Positions 20,030-30,107 of a stretch of DNA of 64,000 bases are shown here, piece after piece. The stretch covers positions 3,648,001 to 3,712,000 of the forward strand of contig OY969724.1 in the NCBI GenBank assembly GCA_963702205.1. Reading direction: 5' to 3'. Origin of the DNA: an uncultured candidate division Zixibacteria bacterium (lineage in GTDB: Bacteria > Zixibacteria > MSB-5A5 > GN15 > PGXB01). Positions within the stretch are counted from its first letter, which is position 1; every line of letters starts with the position of its first letter. The position numbers were made by a program, and so were the translations under genes. The notes beneath the pieces were generated by a model, which was not told where the DNA came from, made no database searches, and saw only the letters and a list, made by a program, of their open reading frames with translations.

Positions 20030-21964
20030 ATGTTGCCTAAAAGACCAAGAAATCACCAATTGGAGGCCGAATCTAGAAGGGCATTTAGAAACGCCATCCC
20101 ATCAAACTGGGTGGTTAGAGATAAAACCGATGACTATGGAATTGACGCTGAAGTCGAAATTTTCGATGAGTTAAATAATAGTACTGGGCATATTTTTTAC
20201 GTACAATTAAAAGCAACAGATAAGGCTGAGTTAAAAGAGGCATTGAAGGTTAGACTGGAAGTTGACACATTTAATTATTTCTTCTCTTTACCATGCCCGG
20301 TACTAATAGTGCTTTATGTAGCAGAACGAAATCAGTTATTCGCAAAATGGTCTCATGCACCATTAAAAAGATCCCCCAAACTTGATCAAAGAACGTTCAC
20401 CTTCAATTTTGATCCCTCCGATACTGCAACTTCATCATATTTAGAAAAATGTATTAAGGAATGGGTATATCTTAAAAAGAGACAAATATCTGTTCCGCTG
20501 ACGATAGATTTGATATTTAATAAATATATTTCAAACAAAATATCATTTTTTGACTTAAATCACCAAAAAAACCAAATAGAAAGCGCCTCGCCTCAAAATC
20601 TAATAGACTTTAAATTTGGTTCATCAAATGAATCAATAGGCCGAATAGAATGTTCTGAAAACAAAAGCATGCTATTTATAGGTGGTGAATCTGCAACCTG
20701 CGAGATTGAGCCAATTGGCAAATACGAAAATTTAATTGAGTTTGTGGCGGATTTATATGTCGGGATAGGCATTTTATTATTGCATTTAGGGTATGAATCG
20801 CTGGCAAACGATCTAGTATCAATTGCTTTTAAATATTCCAAAAACTTTAAAAAAAATCCATTTCGGGTGATTGACTATTCACACCTTTTATTCAGGATGA
20901 AGAATTACTCCCAAATTATCCAATTATTCAAGGATATAATTGATGAAAAGATGCTGGTGGTAATTCAAATGACTATATCGCAATTTTGTAAACACTCTAA
21001 TTTCAGGAACCCACAAGATTATAATCTTATATTAGATTCTTATAATGTAATTAATGAATATTTGCTTAATTCAAATTCACCGTCGCAAGATAGAGGGCAT
21101 TTGTATTATAATATTGGCAATGCTCATTACCATGGAGGCAGACTATACAAAGCTATTAAGTATTATAATAAAGCAAGGAGGCTAGAAAGCAGTTACAACG
21201 ATAAAGATTATTTTAATCGAGAGTTGGCTGGAATTCTATTTGATTCCTCCCGATTTAAATTATCTGCGCGCATATATAAAAGGGCCATGGATTTAGGATA
21301 TAAGGATTCATTTATTATAGGCCTATATGCCGATTCCTTGCTATTTTCAGGCAATTACACTCAGGCAACAAGGTACTTTAAGAAGTACATTGATTCTATC
21401 GAATCGCCTTATGCGCTTTGGGTGATAAAATATTATTGTCTTAGTTCTATAGACTCTGAAAAATGCGGAACCAACGATAGGCATACTAGAAAAGCATTAT
21501 GCTTAGCAGGTAAATTAAATGACGACAAAATGCCAGAAGTGGCTGATGAGATATTAGGTGTAGATTTATTATGCTACATATGTTGGCTGAAATTGGCTCA
21601 TTATTATCATAATTGTCAAGAATATTCTAAGGCACAAATCTCATTTCTTTGGGCAGCGATTATTAACTTATCTGATATTAATTCATGGGCCAATGCATTC
21701 TTTTTAAGTTTTACGCCTATGAACTCTGAAGCGTGCACTTTGGCCAGTTTTATCTTTGAGGCTGCATATGTTGCAAATAAAAATAGTTTTATTGACATCT
21801 TATATGAGATTGTGGATGCTAGAGTAACAGCCAAAGATAATAATAATCGAATGAAGGAATTTATAAAAAAAATGAAAGAAGAAATTGATAATAGACAACC
21901 AAGTAATGAAATTGAAATTCGTCTATTTAACAAAGATTTCGAGGATACGAGATACAAAATGTAA
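20030..21964 (+). CDS. DUF4365 (PD-(D/E)XK-like) + TPR protein, AT-rich
   Basis: DYGIDAEVEIF...FYVQLKAT; TPR (HLYYNIGNAHYHGGRLYKAIKYYNKA); strongly AT-rich compared with flanks. Confidence 0.8.
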   Translation: MLPKRPRNHQLEAESRRAFRNAIPSNWVVRDKTDDYGIDAEVEIFDELNNSTGHIFYVQLKATDKAELKEALKVRLEVDTFNYFFSLPCPVLIVLYVAERNQLFAKWSHAPLKRSPKLDQRTFTFNFDPSDTATSSYLEKCIKEWVYLKKRQISVPLTIDLIFNKYISNKISFFDLNHQKNQIESASPQNLIDFKFGSSNESIGRIECSENKSMLFIGGESATCEIEPIGKYENLIEFVADLYVGIGILLLHLGYESLANDLVSIAFKYSKNFKKNPFRVIDYSHLLFRMKNYSQIIQLFKDIIDEKMLVVIQMTISQFCKHSNFRNPQDYNLILDSYNVINEYLLNSNSPSQDRGHLYYNIGNAHYHGGRLYKAIKYYNKARRLESSYNDKDYFNRELAGILFDSSRFKLSARIYKRAMDLGYKDSFIIGLYADSLLFSGNYTQATRYFKKYIDSIESPYALWVIKYYCLSSIDSEKCGTNDRHTRKALCLAGKLNDDKMPEVADEILGVDLLCYICWLKLAHYYHNCQEYSKAQISFLWAAIINLSDINSWANAFFLSFTPMNSEACTLASFIFEAAYVANKNSFIDILYEIVDARVTAKDNNNRMKEFIKKMKEEIDNRQPSNEIEIRLFNKDFEDTRYKM

Positions 21965-21995
21965 TTTCAACACTTAGCCGAATTTGGGAACAAAT

Positions 21996-22379
21996 ATGGA
22001 ATTCTTATTACTCTTAATTGTCACGCTCGCGATTGCGGTCGCGGTATCGCTGATCGTAATATTATTTTTCCGTAAAACCATTGAGAAGATTTTCGTGCGC
22101 ATCATCGGCGAGGAAATCGCCGTCGCGTGGAAGAAATTTTTGATTTTCGCTCTTTTCGTGGTCGGGGTGTCGTCGGGTGTAAGCATCTGGAAACTCGAGC
22201 AGTATATTCAGCCCGCGGCCGAGGGCGTCACCCGACCGGTCCTCAACGCCGAATTCTGGGGACTGGAAATTTACCGGACGATCATACAAACCCTCGGCGG
22301 TATGGCCTGGGCACTCCTGGTATTCTTCCTCGTGGCCCTGATCGCTTTTGTAATAGTGAAGAAAAAAGAAGCTAAATAG
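21996..22379 (+). CDS. Hypothetical 3-TM membrane protein
   Basis: Hydrophobic helices, host-like codons. Confidence 0.75.
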   Translation: MEFLLLLIVTLAIAVAVSLIVILFFRKTIEKIFVRIIGEEIAVAWKKFLIFALFVVGVSSGVSIWKLEQYIQPAAEGVTRPVLNAEFWGLEIYRTIIQTLGGMAWALLVFFLVALIAFVIVKKKEAK

Positions 22380-22436
22380 TTTTTCGTTGTGCCCCATCGA
22401 TCCTCAGATCGGGTGGGTATACGCTGGGAGGTTTGA

Positions 22437-23087
22437 GTGAAGCAGTCTCGAACCAATGTTAAAATCTTTAAGGTGCTGTACGCCGTTATAATCCTGCTCG
22501 GTCTTGTAGCGGCAGCTTATTATATTTACGATATCATATCCCCGAATCACTTTGTCGGTGACATGTACGGCCTCGAAGTGCTGTATCGTGTCGCTGTATT
22601 GCTCTTCATCGCCATACCAATTGTCATAGGACTATTGTTTATAGCTTTCGCCCGAATGAAAAAACGAAAAAAGCCGGCCTTGATCGGCAATGTCTTAATC
22701 AGTGCTGCATTTCTGGTCATAATCTTTCTGTCAGTAAATGTCTATTTTGCGCGGCAAAAAGACGACCTTAGAAAATCATACTCTCTTAAAAGCACAGACG
22801 AGCTTATAAAGATCGCCTTAAAGAACAAAGACCAATTCGCGATTTATGAAATAATTTATAGAAATGACTCATCGGCAGTCCCGGCCCTGAGCAGAATTTT
22901 GCTCGACACCGCTCAGGATGACAGACTGCGGATTGAATCGGCTAATGCTCTCGGTCAGCTGGGCGGTGATTCTGCGCGGGCGGCATTAGTGCAGGCGTCT
23001 GCGTTGCCGACAACCAACACTTATCTTTCTGAATCAATTAAATATTCGATCGAAACCTTAGACAATAAAAAAGGCCGAATCGAATAA
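22437..23087 (+). CDS. Membrane protein with C-terminal HEAT repeats
   Basis: GGAGG RBS + GTG; 3 TM; AVPALSRILLD..LRIESANALGQLG. Confidence 0.75.
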   Translation: MKQSRTNVKIFKVLYAVIILLGLVAAAYYIYDIISPNHFVGDMYGLEVLYRVAVLLFIAIPIVIGLLFIAFARMKKRKKPALIGNVLISAAFLVIIFLSVNVYFARQKDDLRKSYSLKSTDELIKIALKNKDQFAIYEIIYRNDSSAVPALSRILLDTAQDDRLRIESANALGQLGGDSARAALVQASALPTTNTYLSESIKYSIETLDNKKGRIE

Positions 23088-23115
23088 ACGATCGGCTTAT
23101 TAAACATCAATTTAA

Positions 23116-23244
23116 GTGACCGTCAGACGCCCCCGTCTGACGGTTATCCGATAAAGCACACAAACTATAAAGCAGCACGCGGCAGACGGTGTTGTGCCCG
23201 GCCTGCCCTGAACTTTGAAGGGCCGGTCCTCAGAGCGACCGGGT
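23116..23244. repeat. REP cluster (GTGA-type 23116-23144 and CCCTGA..GAAGGG module near 23201)
   Basis: GTGACCGTCAGACGCCCCCGTCTGACGG is homologous to 5245 and 32751. Confidence 0.65.
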
Positions 23245-23264
23245 TATTGTAGCTTTTATATCAT

Positions 23265-24683
23265 TTACTTATCATAGTACAATCTGAATTCCCATGGATG
23301 CGGGCGATAGCGGATTTCTTCGACGTCGCGGCGTTTGAGCTTGATCCACGATTGAATCAAATCCTCGGTAAAGACTCCGCCCTGCAGCAGAAAATCATAA
23401 TCGCTTTCAAGGGCATTGAGCGCCTTGGTCAGCGACGTCGGCAAAAGCGGAATCTTTTTAAGCTCTTTCTCGGGCAACAGGTCGAGGTTCTTATTGACCG
23501 GTTCGCCGGGATCGATCTGATTTTTTATTCCATCGAGTCCGGCCATAAGCATCGCCGCGTACGCCAGGTACAGATTGCAGGTGCCGTCGGGAGGACGGAA
23601 CTCCAACCGGTGGACGGCAGGATTGCGGATATAGCCCGGAATTCGGATACAGGCGGTACGGTTGCCGACCGAGTACGCGCCCCACACCGGCGCTTCGAAG
23701 CCCGGCACCAGGCGCTTGTATGAATTGGTCGACGGATTGGTGAACGCGAACAAAGCTCCGGCGTGTTTGAGCAACCCGCCGATATAGTACAGTCCGAGTT
23801 TGGAAAAATTGGCCGGGCCTTTGCGATCGTAAAAAATCGATTTCCTGTTTTTGGCCAGGTACTGATGCACGTGCAGTCCCGAACCCGGTTCGTTGAACAG
23901 CGGCTTGGGCATGAACGTCGCCGACTTGCCTAACGAATAGGAGTAATTCTTAACGAAGTATTTGACCATCATCGACTGATCGGACATGAGCACCATCTCG
24001 GTCAGGTCGGGCTCGATCTCATGCTGGCTGGCGCCGCCGACTTCATGGTGGTGATACTTCACATTGACGCCGACGTCGGATATCAGCGAACAAATTTCCG
24101 AGCGAATATTATACGTCCGGTCCTTCGGCGGTGCAGCATGATAACCGTGCTTGTACTGCACTTTGTAGCCAAGATTTTTGCCTCCCTCTCCCCCCGTGTT
24201 CCACTCGGCTTCCGAGGTATCGACAAAATAATAGCCCTGCTCCGGGCCATAATAGAAACGGACGTCATCGAAAATATGAAACTCGAATTCCGGGCCGATA
24301 ATCAAATCGGTTCCGGGAATCATCTTTTTGAGATATTTATCGGCATCGCGCACGACCCGTCTCGGATTGCGGCTGTACTCCTCGACATTCTTCCCGACCG
24401 ACATAATATCGCAGATGAAAGAAAGCGTCGGCCTTTCGTAAAACGGATCAATAAACGCGGTGTCGGCATCGGGAAGCGCCAGCATGTCGCCGCGCTCGAT
24501 TGACGTGTACCCCGGCAGCGAGGAGCCGTCGACCCCAACCCCGACTTTGAACAGGTCGGGCTTAAGACTCGAAACCGGTATTGTTATATGATGCCAGTCT
24601 CCGATAAGATCGGAGAATTTGAGATCGATATATTGTACGCCGTGTTTTTTCACGAGGGCGCGCAGTTTTTTCAGGTCCGCCAT
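23265..24683 (-). CDS. glnA: Glutamine synthetase type I
   Basis: DGSSL, GPEFEF, HHHEVG, ATFMPKP, NSYKRLVPGFEAP, EFRPPD. Confidence 0.97.
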   Translation of the reverse strand: MADLKKLRALVKKHGVQYIDLKFSDLIGDWHHITIPVSSLKPDLFKVGVGVDGSSLPGYTSIERGDMLALPDADTAFIDPFYERPTLSFICDIMSVGKNVEEYSRNPRRVVRDADKYLKKMIPGTDLIIGPEFEFHIFDDVRFYYGPEQGYYFVDTSEAEWNTGGEGGKNLGYKVQYKHGYHAAPPKDRTYNIRSEICSLISDVGVNVKYHHHEVGGASQHEIEPDLTEMVLMSDQSMMVKYFVKNYSYSLGKSATFMPKPLFNEPGSGLHVHQYLAKNRKSIFYDRKGPANFSKLGLYYIGGLLKHAGALFAFTNPSTNSYKRLVPGFEAPVWGAYSVGNRTACIRIPGYIRNPAVHRLEFRPPDGTCNLYLAYAAMLMAGLDGIKNQIDPGEPVNKNLDLLPEKELKKIPLLPTSLTKALNALESDYDFLLQGGVFTEDLIQSWIKLKRRDVEEIRYRPHPWEFRLYYDK

Positions 24684-24700
24684 AAAGCAAATCCCCTATA

Positions 24701-24749
24701 TAGTGAAAATTTTCACAACTAAAATACCGAATTCCCCAGAATTTGGCAA
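24701..24749 (-). promoter_or_regulatory. glnA promoter with Rex-box-like palindrome over the start site
   Basis: TTGCCA-17bp-TATTTT, then TTGTGAA-AATT-TTCACTA (24701-24718). Confidence 0.55.
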
Positions 24750-24765
24750 TGGAATTTTGTGAAAA

Positions 24766-25560
24766 TCAGGGATTTAATGGGCCGGGCCAGTTGTAGAAAT
24801 AGAAATCGAAATAGCTATAAATCTGCAAGGCTTGGGCGCCCAGTTCGGAACTACCGGCATCGTCAAAGCCTCCATCCCAAAGAAGCTTAAATTCCCAATT
24901 TGTTTGCTTGAAATAATAAAAATGGCTCTCAAGGCACCCTGACGGGCAATCACCCCATGCATCTCTGACTATGAAAATCAGAGAGCCATCGGCTTCGAGC
25001 CAGGGATAAATATTGGGAGCGTCTCCTATCGGATCTCTGGGTCGTATCATGCCAAGATTGTCAATGTTTTTATATTCATCATAAAGCTTTATTGGATTAA
25101 GTCTCGGCCGGAAATGTAAATCTGCTATATGCCATTCACTCCATGCCCATATAAAGGAAGTATCCAGCATCCCGGAATAATATTCGTTGAGAGAATCCCA
25201 CATAGAATAGCTTCCCTCATGTATACTGTCTACGGCTTCATTCGTGAATACTATTTCAAAAACACTTGTGACAATTATCGACCGGAAGTGATTGTTCACT
25301 GCCGGGATGCTGTCCGCGTACTGGCGACGAAGGTTTCGAAGTGCGAATTTGATTCTCTGGTACAACTCCTGCGGTGCGACCAAATCTCCCGAAAGATACA
25401 AAGCCATCTCCTCGGCTTCGGCATCCGGCCTCGGAGACAGGGCGAGGTTTTCATCGAATGTAAGCGGCTGGCCGTTTGATGGCCCGGTCGAATTATCGCA
25501 GGAAAAGAAAAATAGTACTGCGATGATCGGTAATAGAATAAATAAGCGTCTGTGCTGCAC
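24766..25560 (-). CDS. Hypothetical lipoprotein
   Basis: GTG start after GGGGTG; lipobox-like FFFSC; C-terminal WGDCPSGC motif. Confidence 0.7.
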   Translation of the reverse strand: MQHRRLFILLPIIAVLFFFSCDNSTGPSNGQPLTFDENLALSPRPDAEAEEMALYLSGDLVAPQELYQRIKFALRNLRRQYADSIPAVNNHFRSIIVTSVFEIVFTNEAVDSIHEGSYSMWDSLNEYYSGMLDTSFIWAWSEWHIADLHFRPRLNPIKLYDEYKNIDNLGMIRPRDPIGDAPNIYPWLEADGSLIFIVRDAWGDCPSGCLESHFYYFKQTNWEFKLLWDGGFDDAGSSELGAQALQIYSYFDFYFYNWPGPLNP

Positions 25561-25784
25561 GACGTCACCCCCGTGATAGTGGTTTTCAATACGTCCCGGC
25601 CAAATAGCCAGCCCTCGGAGCAGCCTTTTATCAAGGCGATGAAATGACAAGTATCAATATTCGACCAAATATCTATAAAAATATAATAATATTTCGCCAA
25701 AACACAACCGATAATATATTATGGACGACATATTTGTCTTGTTAAAACTATGTCCTATATTATATTAAGTATGGTGCAAGGCGT

Positions 25785-26444
25785 ATGAGTAACTTACTTA
25801 AAATACACCGTCCTTTTGAGATGCTTCCCGATCTCACCCGGGTCGAGCAATCGTTGGCCGAAAAAGGCTACCGAATGGTCGCGGGTGTGGATGAAGCCGG
25901 ACGCGGTCCGCTGGCCGGACCGGTCGTAGCGGCGGCCGTGATCCTTCCGGAGGATTGCAGCATAGTCGGCATCGATGATTCCAAGAAACTGAGCGCCAAA
26001 CGGCGGGATATTTTATTCGACGAAATCGTCGGCTCCGGCGCCATCGTCTCGGTTGGGATCATCGACAACGAAGCCATCGACTCATGCAATATTCTCAAGG
26101 CTTCGCTGATGGCTATGCGCAAGGCGGTCTGCTCGCTCGAAAGCAAGCCGGACTATGTGCTGGTTGACGGGTCTTTCGCAATTCCGAATCTGAGCTATCC
26201 GCAGCTGGCCCTGGTCGGCGGCGACAGGTTGTGCAAGTCGGTTTCGGCGGCGTCGATTATCGCCAAGGTGACTCGTGACCGCATCATGGATCGCTATGCC
26301 GAGATTTATCCCGAGTTTTCATTCGCGAGCCATCGCGGCTACCCGACCGCCAAACATCTCGATGAGCTTCGGACTTTCGGGCCGACCAAAATCCACCGCA
26401 AGACTTTCAAACCGGTCGAAGAGCTCTTGCAGACGGTGGAATAA
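25785..26444 (+). CDS. rnhB: Ribonuclease HII
   Basis: GVDEAGRGPLAGPV, DSKKL, AASIIAKVTRD. Confidence 0.97.
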   Translation: MSNLLKIHRPFEMLPDLTRVEQSLAEKGYRMVAGVDEAGRGPLAGPVVAAAVILPEDCSIVGIDDSKKLSAKRRDILFDEIVGSGAIVSVGIIDNEAIDSCNILKASLMAMRKAVCSLESKPDYVLVDGSFAIPNLSYPQLALVGGDRLCKSVSAASIIAKVTRDRIMDRYAEIYPEFSFASHRGYPTAKHLDELRTFGPTKIHRKTFKPVEELLQTVE

Positions 26445-26461
26445 TTTCGTTTCTTGTTTTT

Positions 26462-26821
26462 GTGGCTTCTTCCGAAAGACAAAAAGGGCGCAAATTTGAA
26501 CAAATGGCCGAGGAATTTCTTCGCGCCAACGGTTATACTATTCTCGAAAAAAACTGGCAGGCGGGTCATAAGGAAATTGACCTGATCGTCGTCAAAAATA
26601 AGACTATCATATTCGTCGAAGTCAAGGCCGCCACCGGCCCCAAATACGGCCATCCCGCCGGATGGGTCGACAAGCGCAAACGTCAGAATCTTATTGCCGC
26701 CGCCGGGCAGTACATCGCCGACCGCAAATTAAAAGACCACGATTACAGATTTGATCTGATTACATTTTTCGACGGCCAACTCGAGCACTACGAGAGCGCC
26801 TTCACTGCCGATAACGATTAA
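26462..26821 (+). CDS. YraN family protein
   Basis: GYTILEKNW..EIDLI..IFVEVK..YRFDLI; follows rnhB. Confidence 0.93.
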   Translation: MASSERQKGRKFEQMAEEFLRANGYTILEKNWQAGHKEIDLIVVKNKTIIFVEVKAATGPKYGHPAGWVDKRKRQNLIAAAGQYIADRKLKDHDYRFDLITFFDGQLEHYESAFTADND

Positions 26822-26828
26822 ATCCTGA

Positions 26829-28226
26829 TCAATGCTCTATGATTCTTAAATCAATTTTATCGCCGTAGTACCCCGCCGCTGAGGCTGACACTAACCTGGG
26901 AGACTGACCATTGAATTTAATGTCCATCAATCTTCCCGGACCGGCATTAATTTTCGCCTGGTCTTTTGGGCTGTAAATTAATGCCGTAAGAGTATCATTG
27001 CTTTGAGAGTAGTCGACCATAAAATCCTCGCAATGGGGGTCCAGATCAACATTGCTTATGGAATCCGGGGCAAAGAATTTCAATAATATGGCTCCAACCG
27101 GGATATCGAACTTATGACTCAATGCCAATTCATTTGCACTTGAAAACAACATCAATAAGCCGTCGTATGACTCCTTAATGAACTTACGCAGGACTGGCCG
27201 CCGACAGGATGAATACTTGAATGCCTGAAGATCCAGAATGCTGCCGCAGATGCCGTCATTGTTCAGATCCGCCGCCGCCGTCTGACCTTCGATGTTTATA
27301 TGAAAGACGCTATCGCCCCACAGGATGTATTTTCTGAACAGCTCAAAATCATCGTCGTCCATGCTAAGACCATTGAGATTCATATCCCCTTTAAAATTAA
27401 AGTCCTCGCAACAGCAGATAACTTTTGTACCCCCATTATAGAAGTCAATCGACGGTACGGCCGCAGGGTACGATTCGCGGATTTTCTGCGCGCACCGCAA
27501 ATCATATTGCGGAAACTTGTAATACGGGGTCGTAGAGTCCATTGCAAAAGTGCCATCGTATATCCAGTACTTATTCCGTCCATAGGGTCGATTGCACGCA
27601 AAATAGGATTTGTTCATACAAGCAACAGGAGGGCTGCCTCCGTCGGAGGCTACAGATTTTTGAAAGAGAACATTATCGATACAATCTTCCCATATAAATT
27701 GAATCGGCAGTAAATGGCACTCGTAACTTCTGTCATTCGTTACGAAGAAATGCAATGTAAACAGATGGAGACTGTCGGTTCCTTCTGTCTTGCTCCTTAT
27801 CAGACTTGTATCGACACTGAACCGGCCCCTGATACGGACTTCGTAATATCCGGGCTGTGAAATGTTTTGAAAGGACAAGTTTTTATACAACCCGTTTCCC
27901 GTACTATCGAAAAAATCATAAATCGAATGATGAATATACTCTTCTCTATAATGAGATTCGATTTGATTTGCAGAATCCTTGTATGTGTTCCCCGCAGTAA
28001 GACACTGCAATTTGAGACATTTATCATCGTAGCCTATCCGAAAATCGAATCGGTCGATATTGGCAACATCCCCGGTTATGAATACAGGAATGGCCGCGAT
28101 ATGACCTTGAAGCTGAGATAATTCCAGATTAATAAATATATCAAAGTCTGCCTCTTTGGCTTTAATGGATGAGATAGTTGCAAGACAAGCTATAACGAAT
28201 AAACAGAAAAAGATATTTATCTTCAT
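26829..28226 (-). CDS. Secreted cohesin-like + dockerin-like domain protein
   Basis: Signal peptide; IPVFI..FDFRIGYD; duplicated Ca loops GDMNLNG and ADLNNDG. Confidence 0.75.
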   Translation of the reverse strand: MKINIFFCLFVIACLATISSIKAKEADFDIFINLELSQLQGHIAAIPVFITGDVANIDRFDFRIGYDDKCLKLQCLTAGNTYKDSANQIESHYREEYIHHSIYDFFDSTGNGLYKNLSFQNISQPGYYEVRIRGRFSVDTSLIRSKTEGTDSLHLFTLHFFVTNDRSYECHLLPIQFIWEDCIDNVLFQKSVASDGGSPPVACMNKSYFACNRPYGRNKYWIYDGTFAMDSTTPYYKFPQYDLRCAQKIRESYPAAVPSIDFYNGGTKVICCCEDFNFKGDMNLNGLSMDDDDFELFRKYILWGDSVFHINIEGQTAAADLNNDGICGSILDLQAFKYSSCRRPVLRKFIKESYDGLLMLFSSANELALSHKFDIPVGAILLKFFAPDSISNVDLDPHCEDFMVDYSQSNDTLTALIYSPKDQAKINAGPGRLMDIKFNGQSPRLVSASAAGYYGDKIDLRIIEH

Positions 28227-28238
28227 AACTTAGTCCCC

Positions 28239-29584
28239 TTAATGTTCAACGGTTATCAAATCGACCTTTTCACCATAATATCCCGCGGCCTCGGCCGAAA
28301 TTAACTCGGGAGGTTGGCCGGTGTATTTCAGGTCCAGCAGCGGTCCCGTATTAGTAGCAACCTTCGATTTCGGATTAAGATTGTAAATCAGGATCGACAA
28401 GGTATCATTGCGCCAATACCGTCCGATTTCATAATTGGAGTATGGGCCCTTTAACTCTGCGCTGCTGGTCGAATCCGGCGCATTGAACCGCAGCAAAATG
28501 CTCCCGACCGGAGCATCAAATTTATAATATAGTTTTAATTCATCACGCTTTTTTATTTCGATAAGCTGACCATCAATAACATTCATGATTTCGGGATAAG
28601 GCATGGCATCATTTTGAATATATTTAACCAAGTACTGAAAATCCTGTACTGTCGCAGATCTGCCGTCGCCGTTTACATCGGACGCGGCATATTGCCCATC
28701 TTTATTGATTTTAAATACTGAATCACCCATAAGGAGATAATCTCTGAGATTGATCAGGTCCGCCGAATCGTGGGCTATTCCATTGAGGTTAACATCGCCT
28801 CTGGCATCGACGTCCAGGCAGTCAAAGGCTGTACCACCGTTGAAGAAATAAATCATGCGCTGAGAAATGTCACAATTAGTAAGACAAGAATCCACATTGC
28901 TTAAATCATAAGCCTGGTACATTTCTATTTTGCGATAATCTCGAAAGCCTAAATATATTTCTGCGGGCAAATCCCAATGATAAGGCATAAAGACGTCCTT
29001 AAGATAGGCCAACCGCGGCAGCATATTCCCGCTTACGTATTTATGATAAAAGATCGCGTTATCATTGCAGGACTCCCAGATAAACTGCACCGGAACCCAA
29101 CGGAGAAGATAACTTATATCATGTGTTGTCATAAAATGAAGCTTGAACAGTATTAATTTGTCACCCGGATTATTTTTATCATATTCAATATTGGCTGTAT
29201 TGCCCATCCGGGCGTTGATTTTAATGATACCCGGGTTGCTTGCAACCGGCCGCTCGACCTCGAATTTTTCGTACATCCATTGACCTGTAGTATCTCTGAA
29301 ATCGACAAGCCTGTAATTTGCTGTGTCCTCTACTGAATTAAAATAATAGTTTCAAAGCTCAGGCTTTCGAGTTTGAAGACACCCGTATGATATTTAATCA
29401 AGAGGTGCAGGCTGTCGACCACATTGATATTGCCTTGAAAGTAAACAGGAAAAATAGCCTGACGTCCAAGAAGAAGACACTCGCTATAGTCAATTATAAG
29501 CTTAAAATCATCGGCTTGCCCCTGAACACAAGAGCCGGACGCCAGAATAATCGCTATAATGACGGACATTTTAAGAAATTTCAT
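28239..29584 (-). pseudogene. Paralogous cohesin/dockerin protein split by one frameshift near 29350 (pseudogene or sequencing error)
   Basis: Adding one A in GAAAC joins 29330-29584 to 28239-29276; shares PVQFIWESC, GDVNLNG, AAGYYGEKVDL with its neighbour. Confidence 0.7.
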
Positions 29585-29642
29585 AGAATAGTCCCTTTTT
29601 CTGTTATACCAATAGAATCCCCCGAATATCCCCCGCCTGAGA

Positions 29643-30032
29643 TTATATTGAGTCGGCTGCCAATGAATCCGCTGCCGCCGAATCCGCCTGAGCGTTAAGC
29701 TCTTCGATTTTGAGATTTGCCAGAGAATCGGTGATATTTGAAACCATCTTCCAGAAGGATGCCCAGTCGTTTTGATCGCCGGGAAAGCTGTCTTTGTATG
29801 TCAACATCTGCTCGGCCGTGACGCCGTATTTTTGCAAAATCGAATCGCGGGCAACCAGGAACGAATCGCTGCTGTTGCGATACAGCTCGGCCGCGATTGA
29901 GGTTTCGGCGATGACCAGAGCATAGCGACGGTATTCGGCTTCTTTTCTGTTGCGCAGATAATCTCTGCCGTAGAAATATCCACCTATCAACAACCCTATT
30001 ACTGCCGCCGCGATTATGAATCTTGCAATCAT
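29643..30032 (-). CDS. Membrane-anchored hypothetical protein (possibly DUF4296-like)
   Basis: N-terminal TM; DSILQKYGVT motif. Confidence 0.65.
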   Translation of the reverse strand: MIARFIIAAAVIGLLIGGYFYGRDYLRNRKEAEYRRYALVIAETSIAAELYRNSSDSFLVARDSILQKYGVTAEQMLTYKDSFPGDQNDWASFWKMVSNITDSLANLKIEELNAQADSAAADSLAADSI

Positions 30033-30107
30033 ATCCCATCAACTTTCAGTTGATATTCTCCATAGAACCGTTAAATTACGCCGGAAACTATCAAAGGTCA
30101 AGCGGCA

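Noticed and set aside
20011..23090. Integron cassette array
   Set aside because: No integrase and no convincing RYYYAAC...GTTRRRY attC sites.
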